64,000 nucleotides of DNA from Octopus sinensis (lineage: Eukaryota): NCBI RefSeq assembly GCF_006345805.1, contig NC_043000.1, positions 28,830,001-28,894,000 of the forward strand, in the 5' to 3' direction. Of the stretch, positions 11,774 to 22,899 are shown piece by piece. How positions within the stretch are numbered: the first letter of the stretch is position 1; every line of letters begins with the position of its first letter. The notes under the pieces are model-generated. The model was not told where the DNA came from. It made no database searches and worked only from the letters and a program-made list of their open reading frames with translations. A program made the position numbers and the translations under genes.

Positions 11774-12059
11774 TATATATATTATTTGTTATTTATGTAT
11801 TGGTTTATGTCTATCACTGTTTGAGTTGCACTATAATGGTTTTATCTCTAATTCATATTTTAAATATATATATATATATATAGATAAGAAAGTTTGTTTG
11901 GTAAAGCACGTGGGTGAATATATAAGAAAATAGTAAAGTGTGAAAAAACGATAGAAGGCTTAAATGTTAAAAAATATATATATTTGTGTCAAAATGTCTG
12001 GAGAATATTGGAAAAATTTTTTTCCTTTCCTTAAAATGACATAATTTTAAAATTTTTAA

Positions 12060-12097
12060 AGAAATTACCGGTTTCGCGTGTAGCTTTTCAAATTTCT
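12060..12097 (-). ncRNA. Minimal hammerhead motif, U3-A8 variant (3' pLTR)
   Basis: Minus strand: agaaat TTGAAAA gc tacac gc GAAAC CG GTA atttct. Confidence 0.75.
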
Positions 12098-13102
12098 TGT
12101 GACGTTATGTTTATATTGCATGGAGTTATCGTTGTATTTATTTTCAGGAGATTTCTAAATAAGGGGAGGTCGTGAGTGATTTCTTCCGGTGTAAGGGAGA
12201 TAATCGCTTAAAATTTTTTTTCCCTTTTCCCTTGTTCATTTCTCTGTGTCAGTATGTTCGGATGGTTTTTCCCTTTCCCTTGTTAATTTCTCTGTGTCAG
12301 TATGTTCGGATGGTTGAGTCTGGGTCTGTACTTTTCAATGAAGAATGTTTCCTTGTTCAGTCTCATTTGTGTTGATGATCCGAAAGCACATTGGTAAAAT
12401 GGGAAGATTAAAAATTGTGGCAGCAGTTGCTTTGCGCATTTCTCAATGTGCTCACTAAAAGGTATCATTCTATATTCTGGGAATGCAATCTGTTGTCGAT
12501 GCAGTGTGCATCTACGCCTGAGTGATAGTCCCGTGGAACCCACGTAGTCTTGGTGGCAGCCCGAGCATTTAATGACATAAATTATGTTTTCAGAGGCACA
12601 AGTAAAGTTAGATTTGATCTTGAATTTCTGTCCCTCTTTAAAGAAGAATTCTGATCCTTCCAATAGGTTAGGACATGTTGCACAGTTCGATCTACCACAT
12701 TTTTTTACTTTTGCATCCGTAATTTTAGAAGACAATTTTGCCTTTGTGAGAATCTTTTTAAGTGATTTAGGCTGTTTGTAGCTTTTAATGATTTGGTGTA
12801 TGTTTAGAATTTCCTTTAATTTTGGGTTTTTATGAAGTATTGGTAAATTCTGGGTGATGATGGTGAAGGCTTCTTTGTTTCTGGGGTTGTATGTAGATAT
12901 GTAAGGTAGTATTTTCGGGGAAGGTGTGTTGTTGTGTTGAACTTTTCTTAAAGTTTCTATGTTGAATTCTGTTGCACGTCTGATTCCATCCTCTATGAGT
13001 CGAGCTGGGTAATGTCTGTCAATTCACACACAACGATCGGAGGCAACAATACCACCACTCCCCCGACCAAATAACTCCATGCAATATAAACATAACGTCA
13101 CA

Positions 13103-13140
13103 AGAAATTTGAAAAGCTACACGCGAAACCGGTAATTTCT
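13103..13140 (+). ncRNA. Minimal hammerhead motif, U3-A8 variant (inverted pLTR)
   Basis: agaaat TTGAAAA gc tacac gc GAAAC CG GTA atttct. Confidence 0.75.
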
Positions 13141-14083
13141 TTAAAAATTTTAAAATTATGTCATTTTAAGGAAAGGAAAAAAAATTTTTCCAATATTATC
13201 CAGACATTTTGACACAAATATATATATTTTTTAACATTTAAGCCTTCTGTCGTTTTTTCACACTTTACTATTTTCTTATATATTCACCCACGTGCTTTAC
13301 CAAACAAACTTTCTTATATATATATATATATTTAAAATATGAATTAGAGATAAAACCATTATAGTGCAACTCAAACAGTGATAGACATAAACCAATACAT
13401 AAATAACAAATAATATATATAATTGTATATATATATACAATGCACTTATATATATATATATATATAATATATATATATATATATAATGCACTTATATACA
13501 AGTAAGTGGATATACCTTCATTACCCTACAGTTACTCTAAAGTTCTAAATTTCATGAGCCAAGTTAGTGCGAAACTAACAGGTGTTATATAAAGTCGGAT
13601 CTACAGTTAGTGATAAAAAGTATAGTTTCTGAATACTTTGCTGCAGATTCGAACGTCAATATGCTAATAGCCGTTGTATTTCCTCGACCGAAAATAATTT
13701 ATTATTTCAAACAAAGTGCGTTTCTTTCTTACCTAAACGAATCGAGTGTATTGTAAGCGGACATTATCTGAAAGAAGTTACTATACGCAGACAAACTTTA
13801 ACAGCGATTAGCGTATTCACGTCCAAATCTGCTTTCGTCACTGTAGCATCATTGTTTCAATTTTCATTGTTCTGCGTGCGCGTGATGATAAATTATATAC
13901 ATATACAATTCTTTGGTAATTACTGTTGAGTTCTCTTTGTTTCTTATTTCATTTAATTCTTATTATATAACATTAAATATATATATATACATATATATAT
14001 ATATGTATGTATATATATATATATATATTATATATATATATATATATACACATACATATATAATATATATATGTATATATATG

Positions 14084-14118
<35 letters not shown>

Positions 14119-14669
14119 CTGTATATATATATATATATATACTTCACATACTCGTTAAAATCAAATAATTTATTGTAATCCGATTTTTAAACAAAATAGA
14201 ATAATGTATGTTTACTCATGGCTAAAAATTAATAACTAATTCTTCAGCTATGTAGTTTTCTTAATCCCTTTAATCATACTATCGGCAACGCTTTCCAATA
14301 TAACTTAAGTATGTACTTTTATTGACGTCACTGAAATCAGTAAAATAATGTATGAGTATATGTGTGTTAATGAGAACGTGGGTGGGTGTATGTATGCGTA
14401 TGTATAAACTACTCGCTGATATTACAGCCAGTTAGGTAATTACGGAAGACAGTACACTAGAAGCCAGAAGGAACCAGTAGAATAGGACGACCCGGACGTA
14501 TTTTCCTGAAAACAGTTACGAAAGTGATCAGAGAAGGAATGATTGACATGAATATGTTGCAGTTCTGTACCGCATGGGGCTGGAGTTTGTAACATACATA
14601 CATACATACATACATACATACATACATACATACATACATACATACATACATACATACATACATACATAC

Positions 14670-14880
14670 CAATCTTGAGAAATTGGGATTCTCAAAACCA
14701 GAAAGGAGAAAGCCAATTCGAAGACTACAGATCCAATCCATCGCTGGAACTGTAAAAATATGTAAAACTTTCCAAAAGTTTATCATTTAAGTCTATATGA
14801 GCATGTCTAGAGATGCAACTATATGCATGAGAATACACACATAAAACACACATACACACCTACATACATACAAAAATAAT
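14670..14880 (+). mobile_element. RLE-type LINE 3' end, same family as 4040-4560, in (CATA)n
   Basis: ttgagaaattgggattctcaaaaccagaaaggagaaag...cagatccaatccatcgctggaactgtaaaa matches 4345-4430; preceded by a long (CATA)n tract. Confidence 0.8.
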
Positions 14881-15096
14881 ATAATATAATAATAATATTT
14901 AATTTTAAAAATAAATGATGTTTTAAAACATCGAATGACTAGGAGATTCCATCTGAATAAAATACGAATCAAAAAGATTCATAGGTAAAAAAAAAATAGT
15001 TGAGAAACACTGATGTCAATAAATAAAAGCGAAGTAAGAAAATAGAGGTATATTACTTACTACAAAAATGTATTATCTGCAAAAATCAAACATAGT

Positions 15097-15179
15097 CCCT
15101 TACAGCTGTTTCAATTAAGCCTCATAGATTAAAGAGCAATTATTAAAATCATTCTATTAGGCAAAATCTCTTCAGAGGG
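15097..15179 (-). ncRNA. Type I hammerhead motif, canonical core
   Basis: Minus strand: ccct CTGAAGA gatt-tt-gcct..aggc-tt-aatt GAAAC AGCT GTA aggg. Confidence 0.75.
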
Positions 15180-16396
15180 GTAGAAAAAAGATATACCGTT
15201 ATGTTTTTGTATTGTATTTTAGAACCACCACAGAAGTCTCTTTATTGCTGTATCTCCACTTTTTTACTTTCTTTTGAATGATCATAAACCGCGGTTTATA
15301 AATAAACCTATTGTTATATGAATATTATTATTTACAACAAATATTAGGTATTAAGCTAGTAATTCATTGGATGATACCATCCCTTAATGAGGCTAATTTA
15401 ACCTTTAATTGGATCTATGTGTGTGTGTGTGTGTGTGTGCGTGCGTGCGTGCGCGTTTGTGTTTGCATGTATGTATGTGTATGTGTTTGTGGTACTTCTG
15501 TGAATAAGATTCTGAGAGTGTGCGATGTAATGTAAACTCATGGACGTGTTTCAATAAATATATCATTAAACTTTTCGGTGACGCGATAAATAATGCAGGA
15601 AAGAGCCAAGCGATTTCTATTTTCTGCCCACAAAGTTTAAGTACAAAGCAAAGCAAAAATGGCTGAACCACCATATCTACTTACAAGACGTTGTCTAATA
15701 AAACGATAACTGAAAACATACACCCGTAAGTCTACCTTAATACAAACATCGTGTATTGCTTCTATAAACAATCATGTTTGCAATGCTTGCACACTGCTCA
15801 ATGCAAACAAGAAATGCAAATTACAACGAAACCGAAGTAGCAAATGAGTGACCAAAATAAAAATTTCTATTCCTCTCTACAAAGGCGGCGAACTGACAGA
15901 ACCTTTAGGACGTCGAGCAAAATGTTCAATTCCACCGAGGTCGACTTGCTTTCATCATTTGGGGACCGATAAAATAAGTGTCAGTTGAGTACTGGGGGTC
16001 GATACAATCGACTTAATACCGCTCCCAAAATGTCTGGCCTTCTACCAAAATTTGTAACCATTATTCATCTCTGTTATGGTATCGTGTACTCTTTTAGGTG
16101 ACAGTCAACGCTAAACGTTTGCACACATACATACATACAAACATACACACATACATGCATAAATACATACATACATGCATGCATAAATACATACATGCAT
16201 GCATGCAAGCATAAATACATACACACATACATGCATGCATACATACATGCATAAATACATACATACATGCATACATGCATACATACATACATACATAGAG
16301 ACATACATATATACATGCATAAATACATATATGCATGCATGCATACATACGTACATACATAAAGACACATACATGATTAAATACATACATACTGTC

Positions 16397-16667
16397 TTAC
16401 TCTTTTACTCCTTTATACGTTTCAGTCATTTGACTTCGGGCATGCTGGAGCACCGCTTTTAGTCGACGAAATTCACTCCAGGACTTATTCTTTGTAAGCA
16501 TAATACTTATTATATCGGTCATTTTTGCCGAACCGCTACATTTAGGGGAAATAAATACACCAGCATCGGTTGCCAAGCGATGGTAGGGAGACAAATACAA
16601 ACACAAAGACACACACTCATAAATACACACACACACACATACACACACACTCACACACACACACACA

Positions 16668-16699
<32 letters not shown>

Positions 16700-16862
16700 C
16701 GACGGGCTTCTTTCAGTTTCTGTCTACCAAATCCATTCACAAGGCCTTGGTCGGCCCGAAGCTATAGTGAAGATACTTGCCCAAGGTGCCACGCAGTGGG
16801 ACTGAACCCGGAACCATGTGGTTGGGAACCAAGCTTCTTACCACTCAGTCACACCTGCGCCT
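16397..16862 (-). mobile_element. SINE family A
   Basis: Reverse complement of family A. Confidence 0.88.
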
Positions 16863-16904
16863 ATTCTTACCACACAGCCACGCCTATACATGCATAAAAG
16901 GGCA

Positions 16905-17550
16905 GTAAGCTGGCAGAATCGTTAGCAGGCCGGGCGAAATGCTTAGCGGTATTTCGTCTGCCGCTACGTTCTGCGTTCAAATTCCGCTGCAGTCGACTTT
17001 GCTTCTCATCTTTTCGGGATCGATTAAATAAGTACCAGTTACGCACTGAGATCCATGTAATCGACTCCGTGTTTAAATCCCTTTGGGCAATAAAGAAATA
17101 TATACATATATACATACATATCTATATATCTTATTTCTTTACTGCCCACAAGGGACTAAACACAGAGGGGACAAACAAGGACAGACAAACGGATTAAGTC
17201 GATTATATCGACCCCATTGCGTAACTGGTACTTATTTAATCGACCCCGAAAGGATGAAAGGCAAAGTCGACTCAGCGGAATTTAAACTCAGAACGAAAAG
17301 ACAGACGGCATACCTATTTCTTTACTACCCACAAGGGACTAAACACAGAGAGGACAAACAAGGACAGACAAACGAATTAAGTCGATTAGATCGACCCCAG
17401 TGCGTAACTGGTACTTAATTTATCGACCCCGAAAGGATGAAAGGCTAATTCGACCTCGGCGGAATTTGAACTCAGAACGTAACGGCAGACGAAATACTGC
17501 TAAGCATTTCGCCCGGCGTTCTAACGTTTCTGCCAGATCGCCGCCTCACA
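16905..17550. mobile_element. SINE family B, tail-to-tail copies; the minus copy has tandem units
   Basis: Plus copy 16905-17070, minus multi-unit copy ~17110-17550. Confidence 0.85.
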
Positions 17551-17964
17551 GTTCTATGCATATATCAGTCTGTCTGTCTGTCTGTATGTATGTATGTATA
17601 TTTTTAAGCTGGTCGTGCAAGCTCAGACCCTCCCCCTACTCCAATTTGTTTCATAGTTGCAATATTTTTACTATTAGTAAATAACATGAATGGTGATTGT
17701 TATGGCTATTGATAATAGTTTTCTTTCTTTTAACATTTAAATTCGTTTGCAAAAACTTCAATTCTTGTCGTGGGTACTGCAGAAGAGAAATTGGATCTCA
17801 TTTGTGTCTCAATCATGATGGATACGTTTGATGATGAATGGTTAATTAATTAGCTCAATCTTCTGAAACCAAATTCCATAATCAAAGCAGGTACGTTAAA
17901 AACAGCATGGCAAGTGCTTGCCTATCATCACTCATACTATTACGAATGTTACAGAAGGTGAAAG

Positions 17965-18390
17965 GTGACGAACTGGCAGAAACGTTAGCACGCTGGACGA
18001 AATGCTTAGCGGTATTTCGTCGGCCGTTACATTCTGAGTTCAAATTCCGCCGAGGTCGACTTTGCCTTTCATCCTTTCAGGGTCGATAAATAAAGCACCA
18101 GTTACGGACTGGGGTCGATGTAATCGACTTAATCCCTTTGTCCTTGTTTGTCCCCTCTATGTTTAGCTCCTTGTGGGCAATAAAGAAATAAGAAACAAGA
18201 AATGTTAGCACGCTGGGCGAAATGCTTAGCGACATTTCTCCTGTTTTTATATTGGGAGTTCAAATTTTGTCGTGGTCAGCTTCACATTTTATCCTCCCGG
18301 GGTCGACAAAATAAGTACCAGTTGAGCACTGGGGTCAATGTACTCGACTTCTCCACTACTCCAAACTTGTCCTCGAGCCAAAATTTGAAA
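17965..18390 (+). mobile_element. SINE family B copies
   Basis: Family B head and unit. Confidence 0.8.
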
Positions 18391-18619
18391 TTAGTATTGG
18401 ACAAGTTGGACTCTTGTTACAAAAATATAGGAGAGAGACACTTTATTTGTTATAACAAAATACCTAAATTATTATTCGCCTTTATATAATTTTACTTATT
18501 TTGTTGAGATAGAAAGCCTTATATTTTAAGGAATTCTGTAACACAGAACAGTAGATCATTGAATAAACAGTAAATCGTTAGTTGAAGCCGTATTGCAAGT
18601 TTACTCCCTAATAACACTA

Positions 18620-18812
18620 CAGTAATCTCTCGCCATATCGCGGCTCACCTATCGCGGTTTATTATTTAAATTTACGTCAATTCCTCCGTGGTGTTGCTAT
18701 GCGTTTATAATAAAATAGATATATACAAATTATAAAAATAAATTTAAAAAATATGCAATACAGCACTGTTTCTACTTCGCGGATTTTCACCTATCGCGGG
18801 GAGTCTTGGAAA
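18620..18812 (+). mobile_element. Tigger/pogo-type MITE fragment
   Basis: TA-CAGTAATCTCTCGCCATATCGCGG terminus and repeated cacctatcgcgg motif; right TIR missing. Confidence 0.65.
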
Positions 18813-20564
18813 GCCTGGATTTCGATAGACGTTTTTTCAATTGAATTGTGACCAAAGGTGATCATTTTATTGACCCCGATATAACGAAAGCTAAAAATGA
18901 TCCCCCACAACATTTATATTTACGATTTTGTCCCAAACTAGACTTGAGGCCAACCTTTTATAAGGGACTAGATAGAGTGAAAAGAAGAGGCCTACAAATT
19001 CAAAAGATGTTGACTGACAAAAAGACTTAAAGGATTAAATATCATACACCAGGGGGGAATAAGACGATGGTAGTCAGTTCCAGAGAACAGCACTTTGAGG
19101 AAAGAAGTTATTAGAATAAAAGGGCTTATGACTAACAGAAAGCTCAACAGAGAAACGATGTACCTGAGAAGAGAAGAGTGTGATACATGTAAAGGTCTTG
19201 GTAGAGTACTAGAGCAGAAAGTTAATCAGAACAACGATGGAAATGCTTATAGAAAAGACACAATGAAGATACAATCTGTAAATGAGTCAAATATTCCAAG
19301 CTAGTAGAAAGAAAAGGATCTACTATGTTAACCACTAAATACCATGTTTAAACAAATTATATTGAACACCCTATGCTATTAAGTATTTAGCTTGGCGTTC
19401 AACTATGTCTGTTTCCTCTACTACCTGAAGCACGAAACTATTAGATATTTCTCTGTTTTAGCTCAAAGAGTATTGTTAACCGTCTTATGTATGGATGCCA
19501 GAAGCAAGTTTGCCTTCAGCTTCTTTAATTCCGTTGCCAGACTGAGAATTTCTATTCTTCTCATTTAATTTAAGCTTTTGATTAAATACATTCTTTTATT
19601 TCGAAACATAATGGATCATAAGCTTTTTTTCTTTTAAACTTGTGTTTTCTATGTTATTAAGAGGAACAGAAGTGGGTGGGTGACTCGAGAAGCGATCTAC
19701 TTATTCGGGGCGTTAATCTCTAAAACCAGATATCTATCACGACGGAAACGTTTTAAATTTCCAGCGCTGAACATTGGATCGAATAGACATTAGTATTCTA
19801 CCTAACATAATAAAACACGTGTAGAGTGGAATATAATTAACTTTTTTCATTTGCGATACGAATTCAAATGCTAATACTTTAGCTAACCTACCATGAAATC
19901 GCCTTTTTTCAGCAGATACGAAATCTCTTTCGCTTCTATTAAACATTCATGCACTTTTGTAGTTCCATAACTTAAGAGTTTTCCTTCGCTGAAAACTTTT
20001 CCTCTACAAGATAAAGAAAATAATAAAAACAAAAAAAAAGAAAAATAGAAAACGACGGTCATTTGATAAATGAACCATTTTTCTCATGACTACATTCAAA
20101 GACTCCTACCAATATTTGCATACGACTAATCGAATGTAAGGAGACCGTTGACAAGAAGACGGAACAACTAAAAATAATTATAGCGTCTCTTTTCAGTGTC
20201 ATTAGCAGCAGACATTCTTGCGGTGGCCACTCTTTCTATAGAAGCTGGAACAAGATGGCTGAATTGATCGATGCAATTGATCAGCGAATCTACGTGTCAC
20301 TTGCAGTTCCTGAAGTTTAATAAGGGGCTTTGCTACTAGAAGTCAATAGAAAATGAACGTCCTTTTATACGTTATGACGTAATCAACCTTTCTCTGCCAT
20401 CTTTCTTTTCCAAGTCTCTCTCTCATCTGGCGTCTACTCCTTGTCTTTCTAATTACTGGTACGCGGCAGAAATTTGACAGAAAAAATAAACTTCAGGTAA
20501 ACGCATTCTTTATCTTTTTACTTTGAAATGTAATTACTGAATTGCTTCCGATTCAAGTTTGCAA

Positions 20565-20604
20565 ATATAATAATAATAATAATATAATAATAATAATAAT
20601 GATA

Positions 20605-20645
<41 letters not shown>

Positions 20646-20822
20646 AATAGATATTGATGATGAGGTTGACGATGATGATGACGATGATGATGACGACGAC
20701 AACGACGATGACGATGACGATGATGATGATGATGATGACGACGACGACGACGATGATGATGATGATGATGATGATGACGGTGGTGGTGGTGGTGGTGGTG
20801 GTGGTGGTGGTGATGGTGGTGA
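20565..20822. repeat. Compound (AAT)(GAT)(GAC)(GGT) microsatellite
   Basis: Direct inspection; source of the poly-N/M/D/G ORFs. Confidence 0.95.
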
Positions 20823-21349
20823 CGTTCATTAATATTGCTGTTTATGTTGTTAGGGCAGCGGATTGGCAGAATCGTTAGAACATCATGAAAAATGCTTTGC
20901 GCTATTTCTTCCGGTTCTTTATGCTCCGAGTTCAATTACCGCCAAGATCAACTTTGGCTTTTATCCTTCCGAGGTCAACAAAAATATGGAACCAGTCAAG
21001 CATCGACCAACCCCCCAACCCCACCTCACAATTTCTGGTCGGGTGCCTGCATCAGAAACCATTCTTATTGTTGATTTGGTGTTGCTTTTGATGTCTTGTT
21101 AATATTAGCGGGAATCAATAAGGAAGACAAGGAACATAAGAATAGAATTTGTAGCGTGGAAAGAGAACTCTGTATATTGCGAAAAATATGCATTCATGGC
21201 TCTGTGGTGATGAAGCGTGTTTTGTAACCACGTGATTTCGGGTTCAGTCTTTGTGAAAGTGTCTTCTGCTTAGCCCCGAGTCAACCAATGTCTTACGGAT
21301 GAATTTGGTTGACGGGAACTGTGTGGAAACCGGTTGCTTAGATAGATAA

Positions 21350-21461
21350 ACAGGTAAATTGAGAGAAAGCGAGATAGACAGACAGACATATGGATAGACA
21401 GACAGACAAATAGACATACAGAATGACTGACAGACAGATGGATAGACCGACAGACAAATAT

Positions 21462-21533
<72 letters not shown>

Positions 21534-21608
21534 GCAGACAGACACACAAAGGCAAACAGATAGAAAGATAGACAGACTGACAAAGAGATAGACAGACAAA
21601 TAGATAGA

Positions 21609-21660
<52 letters not shown>

Positions 21661-21710
21661 TAGATGGATGGATGGATGGATGGATGGATGGATGGATGGA
21701 TGGATGGATG

Positions 21711-21790
<80 letters not shown>
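21350..21790. repeat. (GATA)/(GACA)/(GATG) tetranucleotide microsatellite
   Basis: Direct inspection. Confidence 0.95.
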
Positions 21791-21829
21791 TGTTTCTTTA
21801 TTAGCTACACAGGGCTGAACACAGAGGGT

Positions 21830-22430
21830 TCATAGAATTATGCTCAAGGTGGCTTCCTCATTCATACGTGCCATCCTTGCTACATTCACCCATCTATTTT
21901 TGCCTCTCTACTCTCACTTTCCTTTTCAAGTGATACTTGAAGAAGTTGATGAGAGATTGACCAGAGAGGAAAATGTTTGTCTCTAATCCTTTCAGAGGCG
22001 TTCATCGGATACATTCTTTCGCCATAGCCACAAGTGTGCTCTTTTAACCGGCGAGTCAGTGAGGATTTCAAAACAACGTTTCTTTCTTCCTCTGGTTGAT
22101 TGTTTCCTAGGGCCTGCTTTCGGTAGTTGACGGATTTGAAATGGTGAAAGAAAATACCTGGCGGCTATGTTGCTTGAAGGCCCAGGTGTTGCAGGTGCTG
22201 AAGGCCCATGTGTTGCAGGTTCTGAACGCCCAGATACTGAAAGTGCAGGATCCGGTCGGTCAGTGACATAGCTTGGTGCAAAGTCGTTGTATGTGAAAAT
22301 GTTGCGATTAAAAGGGCATATTCCTGTAGAAGAAAAGCCACTAAGAATGTACGTCGGAATTGCAGTCAATGGCCATGCAGTTTTGACAATACACGGAATG
22401 TCATAAATGGTCATGGTCTGGAACAGATCC
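21830..22430 (-). mobile_element. pogo/Tigger-like (DDE_1) transposase C-terminal fragment
   Basis: IYDIPCIVKTAWP..SGFSSTGICPFNRNIF..DFAPSYVTDRP and SPFQIRQLPKAGPRK..RGRKKR..ILTDSPVK resemble pogo-group C-termini (by recognition, not search). Confidence 0.75.
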
Positions 22431-22790
22431 GTTTCCCACAGTACAGAAAGATTCCTTTTAATAAAAAGAAAATTTATTTATCAAAAAATGCATAACACGC
22501 CTAAATAAGAACGCATAACCAACTTTGATGCCAGTATATATTTTAATTCATGCTCATATGCCCATCACTGTACATATTTCATCTCACTACTTAAACTTTT
22601 GGGGTTTTGTATATTTATTTATCCCTTCTCCAAAAATGTGCAATTACCTTTCCTCTCCTGAATAATAACGATCACCAATTACCTCCCCTTAGATTTTTCT
22701 ACTTGCTGATTCAATCACAAACTTACAAACTTCCACACACAACATATACTAAGATCTTCTTAAGAAAATACGAAATTACAATCAATTCAA

Positions 22791-22823
22791 TGTCATGATT
22801 AGCGAAAGCGAAACTGGTCGACA
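22791..22823 (+). ncRNA. Minimal hammerhead-like motif, A3-U8 variant
   Basis: tgtc ATGATTA gc gaaa gc GAAAC TG GTC gaca. Confidence 0.55.
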
Positions 22824-22899
22824 AACAAAATATACTTTTACTTATAAAATATATTTTAAAATATATTAAAACTGTGTGTGTTTTACCTTTTTTTATTTT

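Larger units (their letters stand above)
11765..13425 (-). mobile_element. Penelope-like element (Neptune-like), 5'-truncated, with inverted pseudo-LTRs
   Basis: ORF 12283-12735 has a CxxxxCxTC linker followed by GIY-YIG (NIIYVIKCSGC..YVGST..LRRR..LHRQQI). The ~360-bp segments 11765-12129 and 13071-13425 are inverted repeats; TA microsatellite flanks. Confidence 0.9.

Noticed and set aside
19380-19565. Short protein-like minus-strand ORF MRRIEILSLATELKKLKANLLLASIHK
   Set aside because: Only 34 codons before a stop, no recognisable motif and no supporting splice structure.
20518-20935. Poly-His/Asp/Met/Gly ORFs
   Set aside because: A compound trinucleotide microsatellite stays open in several frames on both strands.
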